Below are positions 1 through 9,609 of a stretch of 64,000 nucleotides of DNA, piece after piece. This stretch comes from a virus, in IMG/VR virus record IMGVR_UViG_3300045988_103180. One strand, 5' to 3'. The translations under genes and the position numbers were made by a program. The stretch's first letter is position 1, and each line of letters starts with the position of its first letter. The notes beneath the pieces were generated by a model. That model was not told the origin of the DNA, did no database searches, and saw only the letters and a list, made by a program, of their open reading frames with translations.

Positions 1-1443
1 TTCTGCAATATCTAAAATATATTTTGGATTGACTCTATCATAATTCCAGACGTAATCAACAAGATATACAGGTTTAAAATTAACACCTTTATATTGCTCG
101 TTGGTCTTATCTAAGAACTCATAAAAATTCTCTAAAGGCAACGAGAGTCCAAATGCAGACCCGTGCCCAGCAGCATAATCAACAACACCAGTATCTTCAC
201 AAAGACTGCGCATATCTTCAATAGGACAGTAAGAATAATTACGAGCAGACCCTTTTAGATGCACCCCGTCTTCTTCTTCGACTTCCTGTAAGACTAATGT
301 AGGATGCTGGTATTTAGCTTGAATTTTATTTGCAATTAATCCCAAAATACCGGGTTTAGCATCATCTTTGCCGCATACGCAAGTAATGATAGCATTATTT
401 GTTAGTTTTTTGGTTTGAATCTGATATTCAAAGAACTCCATAGCTTCATCTTGTAGCTTGGTTTGCCTACGTTTCACTCGTTCAATAACAGTGATAGCTT
501 CTTGCCAAATAGGAACCTCTTTACCTTTTTCACCTCTCTTGGATGATGGAATCATAGTATCACACTTATAATCCAAGAGAGCGCTAAGAAGAAGACGTTT
601 CTCTACCATTTCACCAGTTCGACAACATGCATTAATATAAGGAACTACATAAAAGCTAGAGCTTAGATAATTAAGTCCATTCATCTTATTTAAAGAAAAC
701 TCTTGTTTATCTACAAATGCTTTAAAAAATTTGTTTTTAACGTTAGCGTAACCAATATTGACAAGCGCTCTCACTTCTTTTTCATGATAATCCATCATGT
801 CACCACATAAACCAAGAGCACACAAATCAACTAAGTCATTCGCATAATCGAAGTTACATATTTCATCCATCTGGCGACATAGCTGCCATGTAACGCCTGC
901 TCCGCAAAAGTTTTTATTAGGATAATCGTCTAATTGATTATTTACTACAATAGCATCCTTAGAATATTTTTCGCAATGGTGGTGGTCAGCGATTACAATG
1001 TCTACGCCATTATCATGCAAATATTTAAGTTGTTCATAATCATTGCTTGCCGCATCTGGGATAATAAGAAGATTGGTAGTCTCTATAATATTGTCTAAAT
1101 CAATGTCTGCAAGTCCGTGAGCTTTTCCTTCGTGGATTAAGATGGTAGGTTCCTTGCTACAAATACGGTGAATATAATTAGCTATAATGGCGCTCGAAGT
1201 CAATCCATCGCAATCACAGTCTTGTAAAATAGTAATCTTAGAGCTTGCCAACATACAATAATTAGCAATCATTACAGCTGCTTCTTTAATATTTTTTAGT
1301 AAATGAAAATCGTTTACATTATTCCAATAGGCATTAAGCCAATTACTTTGCTCTTCTACTGGAATATTTCTATTATATAAAATTTGTTGTTGAGGTGTCA
1401 AGCTATCTAATGTTGGCTTATATAATTTATAATCTATTTTCAT
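1..1443 (-). CDS. RecJ-like DHH/DHHA1 single-strand DNA exonuclease (C-terminus beyond window edge)
   Basis: Unterminated frame read by eye from ATG (rc of cat 1441-1443) to base 1, 481 sense codons. Motifs CDCDGLTSS, IIPDAASN, VIADHHH, AAGHGSAFG. Confidence 0.7.
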   Translation of the reverse strand, partial: MKIDYKLYKPTLDSLTPQQQILYNRNIPVEEQSNWLNAYWNNVNDFHLLKNIKEAAVMIANYCMLASSKITILQDCDCDGLTSSAIIANYIHRICSKEPTILIHEGKAHGLADIDLDNIIETTNLLIIPDAASNDYEQLKYLHDNGVDIVIADHHHCEKYSKDAIVVNNQLDDYPNKNFCGAGVTWQLCRQMDEICNFDYANDLVDLCALGLCGDMMDYHEKEVRALVNIGYANVKNKFFKAFVDKQEFSLNKMNGLNYLSSSFYVVPYINACCRTGEMVEKRLLLSALLDYKCDTMIPSSKRGEKGKEVPIWQEAITVIERVKRRQTKLQDEAMEFFEYQIQTKKLTNNAIITCVCGKDDAKPGILGLIANKIQAKYQHPTLVLQEVEEEDGVHLKGSARNYSYCPIEDMRSLCEDTGVVDYAAGHGSAFGLSLPLENFYEFLDKTNEQYKGVNFKPVYLVDYVWNYDRVNPKYILDIAE

Positions 1444-1657
1444 CAACTCCAAACTCTTTGCACATACATCCTGCTAATGTTTTAAAACCTGGGATATAAG
1501 GATAAATCCGTTTATCTTTAATAGCACATTCAGGAGGAACGGTGCTGGTCAATTTTAGCTCATGCGGCACATATGGATAAAAATAATATTTACAATATCG
1601 ACAGCGCTGATGTTTGCGGCGATAACTGAGAATCTTTAATTTATCATCTTCTGTCAT
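1427..1657 (-). CDS. hypothetical small Cys-rich protein
   Basis: 76-aa ORF tightly packed in a minus-strand operon. CRYCKY...CMCKEF cysteines. Confidence 0.4.
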   Translation of the reverse strand: MTEDDKLKILSYRRKHQRCRYCKYYFYPYVPHELKLTSTVPPECAIKDKRIYPYIPGFKTLAGCMCKEFGVDENRL

Positions 1658-1881
1658 ATTGTATCTTCCTCTTGGTTATTTTCGCTTTCTTCATACCATG
1701 ATTCTAAATCTCTTTTCTGCCTGTAATTATCAATCTTATCACGAATAATCTCAAAAGGATAAAATATAATATCTACCCATTTGTCTATGATAATATAAGC
1801 CATAATAATAGCAAGACACAAAAGAATCGGTGACAAAAGCACAAGTATCAAAACTATGATTTGTCCAATTGTAACACACAT
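1654..1881 (-). CDS. hypothetical small membrane protein
   Basis: 75-aa ORF with a hydrophobic N-terminal segment (IIVLILVLLSPILLCLAIIMAYIII). Overlaps neighbours by 4 and 1 nt. Confidence 0.4.
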   Translation of the reverse strand: MCVTIGQIIVLILVLLSPILLCLAIIMAYIIIDKWVDIIFYPFEIIRDKIDNYRQKRDLESWYEESENNQEEDTI

Positions 1882-2960
1882 TATAGCATAATCCTGTTCT
1901 TAAATAGATACATAAATACATCTTTTCCTTGGTCTAATGGACTTGCCTTATATCCTAAAATATTCTCTCTATCAAACACTACAGACATATTCATATACGG
2001 CTTATATTTATTACCAATCTTGGCAATCTTTTCTTCAACCTTTAAACTTTCATCTGAACCATATTCATCAAAATCATGGTCAAATGCGATAACAATTTCT
2101 TTACATCCTGCATCTTTAAGAAGTTTGAATTGATATTTAGACAAGGAACTGCCGCATGTTGCAACACAAATATTATTACCTGTACCATAATATGACATGT
2201 AGGCAAGAACCGACTTTTCTGATTCGGCTACAACCGCAGTTTGTATTTCTCTAATTCTTTCTTTAGCCCAATTAAGACCATACAAGTTAAAGCCAAGAGC
2301 ATGATTATAAAGTTCACCGTGGACTCGCCAAGGCTTATATTTTCCTTTTTTCTCTTGCTCTTGGATAATAGTTCTTTGTCGAATACCTACACATCTATCA
2401 TTCTGGTCAAAGTGCGGGATAAGGATATTGCCGCCAAGAGAGTCATAATGAATTTGCGCAAAGTCACACACCTCTTTTGAGATATTAGACCAAGAGGAAA
2501 TAATAGGTTGAGGATAATGCTGAATAATAGATATATCATATTCTGGTAACTCAATGGTATTATCATTTACAGTTACATCTTTTTGCTCTTTATATCTATT
2601 GAATATTTTCCAGTCTTCTTGACTATCTTTTAAATCAATATCATTATCTAAATCAATTTGAAGATTTAAGAAATTAACCACGAAATAGATTGCGGAATTA
2701 AGGTCTACATTTTTAACTTTCTCAACAAGTTCAAAAATATCAAATGCGCCGCACTCAGTATAGCAATTAAACATACTATTCTCAAAATAATAATATAACT
2801 TCTTTGAACCTTCACCGATGCCATTGTGACAGATTGTGCGGGAAATGATATAATCAGAATACATTTCTGGTTCTGCTCCAAAGTATTCTAGAATATCATA
2901 TACGTTTTCTGGTTCAATTGATTCCTTTACTTTTGCTTTATCGTATCCCAATTCCCGCAC
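1881..2960 (-). CDS. DnaG-like DNA primase (zinc finger + TOPRIM)
   Basis: CHC2-type finger CHNG..x..FNCYTEC. TOPRIM Glu (VVAESEKSV) and DxD (IAFDHDFDEYG). Adjacent to the helicase. Confidence 0.7.
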   Translation of the reverse strand: MRELGYDKAKVKESIEPENVYDILEYFGAEPEMYSDYIISRTICHNGIGEGSKKLYYYFENSMFNCYTECGAFDIFELVEKVKNVDLNSAIYFVVNFLNLQIDLDNDIDLKDSQEDWKIFNRYKEQKDVTVNDNTIELPEYDISIIQHYPQPIISSWSNISKEVCDFAQIHYDSLGGNILIPHFDQNDRCVGIRQRTIIQEQEKKGKYKPWRVHGELYNHALGFNLYGLNWAKERIREIQTAVVAESEKSVLAYMSYYGTGNNICVATCGSSLSKYQFKLLKDAGCKEIVIAFDHDFDEYGSDESLKVEEKIAKIGNKYKPYMNMSVVFDRENILGYKASPLDQGKDVFMYLFKNRIML

Positions 2961-2963
2961 CTC

Positions 2964-3392
2964 CTATTCTTTCTTCTTTTGGAAAATTTCATCTTTGTCT
3001 ATTGGTTTAAAAGAGAAATCAGTTACAAATAAAGTCTTATATCGACAAGTACCTTTATTTGCGCGCATCCAACAAATAACACGATTGAATTTTCCTCGTC
3101 GATTCTTATATACGCTTCTTTTTACATTTGGTGGACACATTCCGGGATGCTGTGCCAAAACGCCTTCAATATCTTGAATATCTTCATCTGTACAATCAAC
3201 CATGATTTCACCATAGTCGATTCGGTTTGCAATTGATTTTGCGCCAGCTAGCATGTTCTGGTCTAGGATTTTCTCTTGCTTGTAACTACCATTAATTTGA
3301 GTAGAGGATAGAAGAAAAACATTGTTATCGACAGCTATTTCTTTAAGTTTAGATGACATAAGAAATAGAATTTGGTCTTCGCGTACTTTCAT
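2964..3392 (-). CDS. DnaB-like replicative helicase, C-terminal segment (exon 2)
   Basis: REDQILFLMSSKLKEIAVDNNVFLLSSTQING matches DnaB motifs H3/H4 (SRxLKxLAKEL..v..lsQlnR). Lacks its own Walker motifs. Confidence 0.65.
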   Translation of the reverse strand: MKVREDQILFLMSSKLKEIAVDNNVFLLSSTQINGSYKQEKILDQNMLAGAKSIANRIDYGEIMVDCTDEDIQDIEGVLAQHPGMCPPNVKRSVYKNRRGKFNRVICWMRANKGTCRYKTLFVTDFSFKPIDKDEIFQKKKE

Positions 3393-4301
3393 CAGTTTTG
3401 TTATCCTATAGGCTTTTTATCCTATAGTTCTTATAGTTTCCTATAAGCTCGGCGTACATTTTCACCTACAGCTTTATCTGTTTAGGTGTTGGACACTCTT
3501 GGCAGGATTATATTTATTCACCTGCTACGCTCTACGGTATCAATCAACCTTTCGCAATTTGATTGATTACCTCGGTATCAACATATTATATTAACTTAGT
3601 CTTCACCGATTTTGCCCAATAATAATTCTAAATATTACTATTTAGAACGGCATCTTAGTAGCAATTTTAAATTTTCTATCTAAATATACATTTGCATTAT
3701 CATACATTTGATGGGATATTTCTTTTGCATATTTTCCTTGCCATTCAATAATTGACAAGCCATTATCTCTAACTCTGATTTTGTTTCGTTTCCATTTTGT
3801 TCGTTCAAGCATCATATCAATAAACTCATATGTGCCACAAAATGATAATCGAGGATAGTCAATAGTTCCCTTTGTTATTTTCCCAAGAGAACCATCACCG
3901 TCACAATATCCTCTTACAAAATGATATAAAAAAGCATCTGGAACTTGTATTTCTGTTGGGAAAACTAAGTCTTTTGATTTGCGAGGATGACATCCAAGAT
4001 TTAACAAATCATTAAACATTGGCTTACATCTAAATACAAGTTCACATCTACCAAACTTACCGTTTTGTCTAATTTTTACTTCATTATCCCATTCTAAAAA
4101 ATCTTTTAATTTTTCTAAATGATGCTTATCACTAGATTTTAGCATAACGCCAATCCTAGAGTCTTCACTCATACAACCATCAGCGTATAAAAATCCAAGC
4201 CAATAAGCAGATTCTTCTGAACTTATTTTTGAAAACTTATTAATATTTACATGATATTTTATCATTTTCTCTTCTTTCCGATAGAAAATGATAATTGCTA
4301 C
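3393..4301 (-). mobile_element. intervening sequence splitting the helicase gene, probable group I intron carrying a homing endonuclease ORF
   Basis: 909 nt between the helicase Walker-B segment and the H3/H4 segment. Contains a free-standing LAGLIDADG ORF with its own RBS plus about 250 nt of non-coding, stem-rich sequence (3393-3641). Confidence 0.5.
3642..4265 (-). CDS. LAGLIDADG homing endonuclease (double-motif)
   Basis: Two LAGLIDADG motifs: YWLGFLYADGCM and FVRGYCDGDGSL. Own RBS GGAAAGAAGAGAAA before the ATG. Confidence 0.85.
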   Translation of the reverse strand: MIKYHVNINKFSKISSEESAYWLGFLYADGCMSEDSRIGVMLKSSDKHHLEKLKDFLEWDNEVKIRQNGKFGRCELVFRCKPMFNDLLNLGCHPRKSKDLVFPTEIQVPDAFLYHFVRGYCDGDGSLGKITKGTIDYPRLSFCGTYEFIDMMLERTKWKRNKIRVRDNGLSIIEWQGKYAKEISHQMYDNANVYLDRKFKIATKMPF

Positions 4302-5444
4302 TTATAGTCTACCAGTTCCATGTGAAATTTCCTCAATCATCTTAATAGATGAAGTTAAATAGTCAAAGACAACACACTGAAAAGTTAGGTAATCTGTATT
4401 GCCTTGTTCATTTACTCGTGGATATTTATATTTACGTATATTGCGTTTGATACAATTCTCAACATCTTTCATGCCATAGTTAGGAAGATATTCCATACGA
4501 AGTGGTGCTTCTTCTAGAATCTGTACTGCTTTCTTTAATCTCTCTTCTTCGTCAAAAGTAAGTAAATCCATTTCAACAATATGGTCTTCTGGAATATTAC
4601 CGATAAAAGCTAATGCCATGGTTGTAAGCTCTTCAATGTCTAGTTCTACCGAAATATATAAAGTAGGTACTCGATTATATAAACGTTCCCATTTACCTTC
4701 ATCTGAATAATACTCAGAACATGAGAAAAAACAAGCATCAGCAACACCAGTGCGGCTTTTGCCTACACCTGTCGCTGCACTTCTTAAATAAAAGCGGCCA
4801 GGTCGTGCGCCCATAGCGATTGCATCTTCATACATATCATACATTGCCCAGCCACGAGCAGGATGCTGCGCTAATTCATCTACAATCTTTTGGACGTTAT
4901 CACCAATAGCAACAGAGTCGTTATCGTTATTGTCTACATATAAATCCCTGATAAAATAAAACTTACCCTCTACATCATCTGCTAATTGCTCTAATGTTGT
5001 ACCATCAAGATACTCGTCTTGTGCCTGCTTCTTTGCAGAATCTAAGATATTATCAGGGTCATAAATATCAGATACATCTACGCCAACATCATCATACGCG
5101 CGAAGTAGAGACATCTTTTTTAAACGATTATAATAATACTCGAAAGCATCTAGGTGAGCATTTGCATGAGTTTCAAACATCCACTCTCTACCTTTGTTAG
5201 CTTTATAGACTGCATATGCTTTCGGCTTGTCTTTAAGATAATTCTCAATTTCTCGTGCAAGATGGTCAGTTACACCCGCGTTATATAGACTATACAATGC
5301 ACCAAATACCACCTTGTGTAAGTCATTGCAAAAGTCGTGTTCTGAAAAGAAGTATTGTCCATCTGCCGCCAAGTATTCAGGTTTCCGCATACAACATCCA
5401 ATTACCTGCAATGCCGCAACAGAATCATAGTATTTACTAATCAA
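4302..5444 (-). CDS. DnaB-like replicative helicase, N-terminal segment (exon 1)
   Basis: DnaB N-domain-like start, Walker A SAATGVGKSR, Walker B VVFDYLT. The frame then stops 10-15 codons after Walker B. Confidence 0.7.
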   Translation of the reverse strand: MISKYYDSVAALQVIGCCMRKPEYLAADGQYFFSEHDFCNDLHKVVFGALYSLYNAGVTDHLAREIENYLKDKPKAYAVYKANKGREWMFETHANAHLDAFEYYYNRLKKMSLLRAYDDVGVDVSDIYDPDNILDSAKKQAQDEYLDGTTLEQLADDVEGKFYFIRDLYVDNNDNDSVAIGDNVQKIVDELAQHPARGWAMYDMYEDAIAMGARPGRFYLRSAATGVGKSRTGVADACFFSCSEYYSDEGKWERLYNRVPTLYISVELDIEELTTMALAFIGNIPEDHIVEMDLLTFDEEERLKKAVQILEEAPLRMEYLPNYGMKDVENCIKRNIRKYKYPRVNEQGNTDYLTFQCVVFDYLTSSIKMIEEISHGTGRL

Positions 5445-5456
5445 ATATCCTCCCTT

Positions 5457-5975
5457 CTATTCCAAATTAAAACGTGGCTTTTTCCTATAAATATTTACGT
5501 CTCTTGGCCGCACAAATACACGATGTTCATCTGTAATATCTGTATTCACTTGCCCTTCGCTCTGTACAGTTCTAATCTCTTCTAATCGTTTGAAATAATT
5601 TTCTGCTTCGACATAAATTGATTTGATAATCCATATGCCACCATTTGACCTACTCGGGTCATTACGCTTTATTTTATACCAATACTTTAAAGCCTTAGCC
5701 ATTTGCTCATATGTGATACCAGCTTTGATAAGTTGTCCCATATTCAAAGCTACTTTTTGATAATCTACATATGCACCGAGATATTTTCCAGCCATTTTCA
5801 TAACTGCTTCTCGTTGCTTTTTCAGCTTATCTTTATTTTTTTCTTTTTCCTCTTGGCTCTTGGCATAACATTCATCATGCCAATATCGGTTGCCAATCTT
5901 TTTCCAATCGAACTCACAATCACGGTCAATCATTTGGCCGCAATATGGACATTTAACAAGTCTTTGTTTTGCCAT
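5457..5975 (-). CDS. hypothetical zinc-ribbon protein (possible helicase partner)
   Basis: 172-aa ORF with CPYCGQ...HDEC. Lys-rich middle region. Sits immediately upstream of the helicase. Confidence 0.4.
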   Translation of the reverse strand: MAKQRLVKCPYCGQMIDRDCEFDWKKIGNRYWHDECYAKSQEEKEKNKDKLKKQREAVMKMAGKYLGAYVDYQKVALNMGQLIKAGITYEQMAKALKYWYKIKRNDPSRSNGGIWIIKSIYVEAENYFKRLEEIRTVQSEGQVNTDITDEHRVFVRPRDVNIYRKKPRFNLE

Positions 5976-5999
5976 ATTTTCTCCTAACTTTATAATATA

Positions 6000-6028
6000 A
6001 TTATAACATATTCAGGAGATTTTGTCAA
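6000..6028 (-). promoter_or_regulatory. sigma70-type promoter
   Basis: On the minus strand: TTGACA-17-TATAAT. Confidence 0.5.
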
Positions 6029-6029
6029 T

Positions 6030-6060
6030 AAAAAAGACCGCCCAATTATGGACGGTCTTT
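6030..6060 (-). terminator. rho-independent terminator
   Basis: rc AAGACCGTCC-ataatt-GGGCGGTCTT followed by TTTTT. Confidence 0.6.
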
Positions 6061-6064
6061 AGAA

Positions 6065-7081
6065 TTAAGCTACATCAATTCCATTAGACAGTAAGTCTTT
6101 GAGGTCATCAAGGATAAGTGAAAGCTGTTCAGCTTGCTTAGCAGTACAGTCATTGACCTTCTTGCCGACACCGAGATACTTATCTGTAATTTCGATAATT
6201 TTAGGCGCCCAAGACTTTTTGAATTCATCCTTAGAAACACTATGCTGAATCTTGACGGTTAATTCTTTGAATTCATTCTTCATAGCTTCAAAGTCAGGAC
6301 CATCATTAATATCATATGCAGTAGTACGTGCATCGGTGACAAACTTGCCAGCATCTTCCTCTGCTTGCTTGTCGATTGCATCACCAATAGCCTTGACAAG
6401 ATTGTCATATGTGAAGTCAATGGAGTCAGGCGTATATTTAAATCGAGAACCAGCTACGAATCGAGGGGTTCCGCGCATATACAGGACAGTATGAGTGCGG
6501 CCATCTTCCTCTTCTACTGGATGGGCGTAACCGATAACGTCACTCATTCGGTCAACGATTAGACGTGGACGATTGCCAAGAGTAGGAACAATCTGGTTAT
6601 ATTCACTACCATTTTCATCAGTAAAAGTCTTGTCTTGACTATGTGAAATCATTACTAGACCATAGCCCATCTGAGGAATGGAACGAAGACATTCATCGAA
6701 CTCTTTACTAGTTTTAGACCACCCCTGACCATAAGGTAGCTCATTTACAGCCGAGACTCCAGCCTGATTGCAGACGTACTTTTCACAAAGGTCATAAGCA
6801 ATGTCAGCAGTATCAATAATAATATTGCTGTATAGCTCATGAGCTTTCGGGTCTTTTAGCTGCTTTAGAACCTGTTTAAATTCAGACCATTTGTTAATAG
6901 GTTGCGGTTTTACGCCGCCAATTGCTAGATAGCCAACCTCAAAACCCAATAGTAAGGCTTTTGGAAATTTGGCTGCTGTTGATGTTTTTCCAGTCTTAGG
7001 CTCACCGTAAAACATGATTGTATAGCCCTCTAGCGAACGACTAACTTTGTGAGGTTCAATATTAAAAATATCAATTGACAT
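6065..7081 (-). CDS. Sak4-like / AAA_24-type recombination ATPase
   Basis: Walker A YGEPKTGKTS near the N-terminus. IIDTADI Walker B-like. Architecture typical of phage RecA-like annealing ATPases. Confidence 0.6.
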   Translation of the reverse strand: MSIDIFNIEPHKVSRSLEGYTIMFYGEPKTGKTSTAAKFPKALLLGFEVGYLAIGGVKPQPINKWSEFKQVLKQLKDPKAHELYSNIIIDTADIAYDLCEKYVCNQAGVSAVNELPYGQGWSKTSKEFDECLRSIPQMGYGLVMISHSQDKTFTDENGSEYNQIVPTLGNRPRLIVDRMSDVIGYAHPVEEEDGRTHTVLYMRGTPRFVAGSRFKYTPDSIDFTYDNLVKAIGDAIDKQAEEDAGKFVTDARTTAYDINDGPDFEAMKNEFKELTVKIQHSVSKDEFKKSWAPKIIEITDKYLGVGKKVNDCTAKQAEQLSLILDDLKDLLSNGIDVA

Positions 7082-7473
7082 ATATTGCTTTCTCTTTTCT
7101 CTCTTGGTTTAATCTTTTGCTATCTACTATTAAATACGATTTAGATAAATAACATTGTATCGGTGGCAAGTGCTATGTCCCCAATTGCTTAGCCACTCAG
7201 TTGCGTCCTCGCTGCTAAACTTCGTTTGGATGCTAGAAAATGCTGCTTTCACGCCCTGCCCAAGAGTCATTGTGTCACACCCTTCGTTGTCTACGACAAC
7301 AACGCGGTCTTCCTAACCCTTTGGGCATGTGTACCAGCGATCCTGCTCAACTACTCAGAAACGTGGGTCCGCTTGACAAAAACGTCTCTTGCGTATTCAA
7401 CTTGTCTTGAAGCTCCTTTAGGAATTTGACTCCATCCGCTGTTAGCATTTGCTCACCGCCTTCGCTCCACAGC

Positions 7474-7743
7474 TCATTCGCTTACGACCTCGTAGACGTT
7501 GCAGTTGGTAAAGTCGATGCGGTACGTCTTGCCTTCATCGCGGCACAGCTTGCAATCCTTGTACCCTTTCGTCCACCATGCAGCGTTGTCGCAACCCTTC
7601 CATCTGAGCAGGAGCCATACAAGTCTGCCGTTATCGTCCGTAACAGGATTGCCATTATTGTCAAGTACGATGTCTCTATACTTCCAGAACAAGTCGTTGT
7701 TGTGCTTGTAGTGTCTGGCCTTTCCGATGTATTTCTCGGTCAT
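7474..7743 (-). CDS. hypothetical protein in a G+C-rich island
   Basis: 89-aa frame from the ATG with RBS GGTGAAGGG. The GTG at 7815 in the ORF track is less likely. No motif recognised. Confidence 0.35.
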   Translation of the reverse strand: MTEKYIGKARHYKHNNDLFWKYRDIVLDNNGNPVTDDNGRLVWLLLRWKGCDNAAWWTKGYKDCKLCRDEGKTYRIDFTNCNVYEVVSE

Positions 7744-7859
7744 CCCTTCACCGGCTTTACGCAACTTATTCGCTATCTTGCGGCGCACTCCGAGCACTTG
7801 GCAGCAAGACCGCACATGACGTAAAATTAAATTCCATTTTAAATCCTTTTCTATCTTAT

Positions 7860-7885
7860 AGGGGATAGAACTTAATCTATCCCCT
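7860..7885. terminator. bidirectional hairpin terminator
   Basis: AGGGGATAGA-acttaa-TCTATCCCCT, with a T-rich run on the plus side. Confidence 0.45.
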
Positions 7886-7910
7886 ATTTATTTAATTGTC
7901 TGCTACTTGA

Positions 7911-8867
7911 CTAGAAAGGCCATGCCTCATCATCATCATCATCTTCATTTTCATCTACTGGAGCTTCAACCTTTGCGACTACCTTTGCTGCTGCAAAGTT
8001 CTGACCACCGTTACGATTAGCCTGATACTCGTCATGATTACGCTTGACCTCTGCCATACGCTCTTCACGCTCGTTTAACTTCTGCTTGAATTCCTTTTTG
8101 GTGATGGTAGATTCATCATCCCACTCATAAGGTTCGACCGCAGCCCAAGTAACATCCCAAGAACGAACATGACGAACGACCTTATGAACTACTGGGTCAC
8201 CAAATGCAGATTCTTCAGTCTTCTCAGTCGTGATGGCCTGAGACACGATAGAACCCTTGATATGAGTTAGGAGAGGATTCTTATTAGAAATATCTTGGTC
8301 GATAAAATAATCCATACCACCCTTAGAACGGACATTAACATCAACGGGAAGAATGCCACCACGATAATCAAAGACGTAGCCACGAAGATTTACAAAATCA
8401 TCACCATCTTCGACCTCACGCTCAGCCGCATTTGCAATAAGCATATCGACATCGAATGTCGCAGGATTCTCAGAAATCTCGTTGGTCATAACGTGCATAA
8501 ACTGGCCCTCGACACGCTTAGGAGAAACAACTTCACCATCACGAGATACAAAATCATTTGTGCCGACAGAACCATCAATACGAACCTTGAGAGCAGAAGT
8601 ACCTACAACTTCAAACGTATCTGAACCCTCATGGTCAATTAGGGCAGTTAGAATCTCCCATGCGGGATTAGGCTTGCCACTCTTAAAAGTCTCAGTAACG
8701 TAACGGAAAAATACAGGGACAACGTTAAGACCCTTATCATCAGTGGCTACATTTACTGTGCCGTTAATAAAAGGAGTGTTTGTCTTTTTAGAGACACGCT
8801 GGGCAAGGCGGTCAGTTGAAAATACATATCCCTCAATATGGCATGAATTATTTGTCTTTGAAAACAT
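7911..8867 (-). CDS. single-stranded DNA-binding protein (phage type)
   Basis: Acidic C-terminal tail ...NEDDDDDEAWPF resembles the SSB tip DDDIPF. Sits in a replication/recombination context. Confidence 0.6.
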   Translation of the reverse strand: MFSKTNNSCHIEGYVFSTDRLAQRVSKKTNTPFINGTVNVATDDKGLNVVPVFFRYVTETFKSGKPNPAWEILTALIDHEGSDTFEVVGTSALKVRIDGSVGTNDFVSRDGEVVSPKRVEGQFMHVMTNEISENPATFDVDMLIANAAEREVEDGDDFVNLRGYVFDYRGGILPVDVNVRSKGGMDYFIDQDISNKNPLLTHIKGSIVSQAITTEKTEESAFGDPVVHKVVRHVRSWDVTWAAVEPYEWDDESTITKKEFKQKLNEREERMAEVKRNHDEYQANRNGGQNFAAAKVVAKVEAPVDENEDDDDDEAWPF

Positions 8868-8907
8868 TCAATTTCCTTTCTAATTTTTCTTTCAATATAT
8901 ATCACAT

Positions 8908-8936
8908 ATTATAGCACGTTTTTAAATTTTAGTCAA
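8908..8936 (-). promoter_or_regulatory. sigma70-type promoter
   Basis: Minus strand TTGACT-17-TATAAT. Confidence 0.5.
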
Positions 8937-9609
8937 TAACTTTTTTAGGGTATTTCCCGCATGATTTATGCTCTAAACAATAACCGGCTTTGTCGCATTT
9001 ACACTTAAAGAATAAATCACAGATAGTTTTCCATTCATCAGAATATTCAGATAGCGCTTCAATAATGTCTTTCATTAGCTGTCTAAACTCCCAATAGGCA
9101 CGAGTACATAGACGCTGTTCAGCCATTGTCATAAGTGTGCGGCTATTGAAACGACAACTAACAGTCGTTGTCATTCCAAGAGGGAGAACCATATTTGCAT
9201 CTTCCTGCGGAATTCCACATTCCTTTTGCATATAAGTAGTAGCTTCGGCAATAGCTTTCATACAAGAATTGTACATTTGCTTAGCATCTTCATTTGCTGC
9301 AATCTTAGGAGGAACTACATAATCAAAATCTTGATATTTGATATAACGCGTACTTGCCTGTAGACGTGTAGGCGCTCCACCATTATGAGTATAAAATTCT
9401 CGAATTACCTTTGCTGAATACCCTTCTAGAACAAACCATACTTCTCCAAATTCAAGCGTGCGGAAATGCCCATCTTTGATACAAGAAAGACCACGTTTAT
9501 AATTCTTTTCTACGTTACTGGTATCTGTGCCATAACAAGGGCCAGCCATTTCTCCAATTAACGTAATAGGATTTTTAATAGTATTACTGTTAATCGTTAC
9601 TTTTCCCAT
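8929..9609 (-). CDS. thyX: flavin-dependent thymidylate synthase ThyX
   Basis: DGHFRTLEFGEV (GHxSxxEH-like), a THN..STRY variant of the RHRxxSxxxxSxRY motif, and RLCTRAYWEFRQL (AQWEIR-like). Confidence 0.75.
   Translation of the reverse strand: MGKVTINSNTIKNPITLIGEMAGPCYGTDTSNVEKNYKRGLSCIKDGHFRTLEFGEVWFVLEGYSAKVIREFYTHNGGAPTRLQASTRYIKYQDFDYVVPPKIAANEDAKQMYNSCMKAIAEATTYMQKECGIPQEDANMVLPLGMTTTVSCRFNSRTLMTMAEQRLCTRAYWEFRQLMKDIIEALSEYSDEWKTICDLFFKCKCDKAGYCLEHKSCGKYPKKVID

Noticed and set aside
3393-4301. An intein as the explanation for the split helicase.
   Set aside because: The endonuclease ORF is not in frame with the helicase. It has its own RBS and stop, and it is flanked by non-coding sequence. 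That fits an intron or a split gene, not an intein.
7226-7824. Plus-strand track ORFs 7226-7429, 7426-7824 and 7499-7711.
   Set aside because: They are antisense to the better-supported minus-strand ORF. They are Pro/Ser/Leu/Arg-rich, have no RBS, and sit in a block where every gene is on the minus strand.
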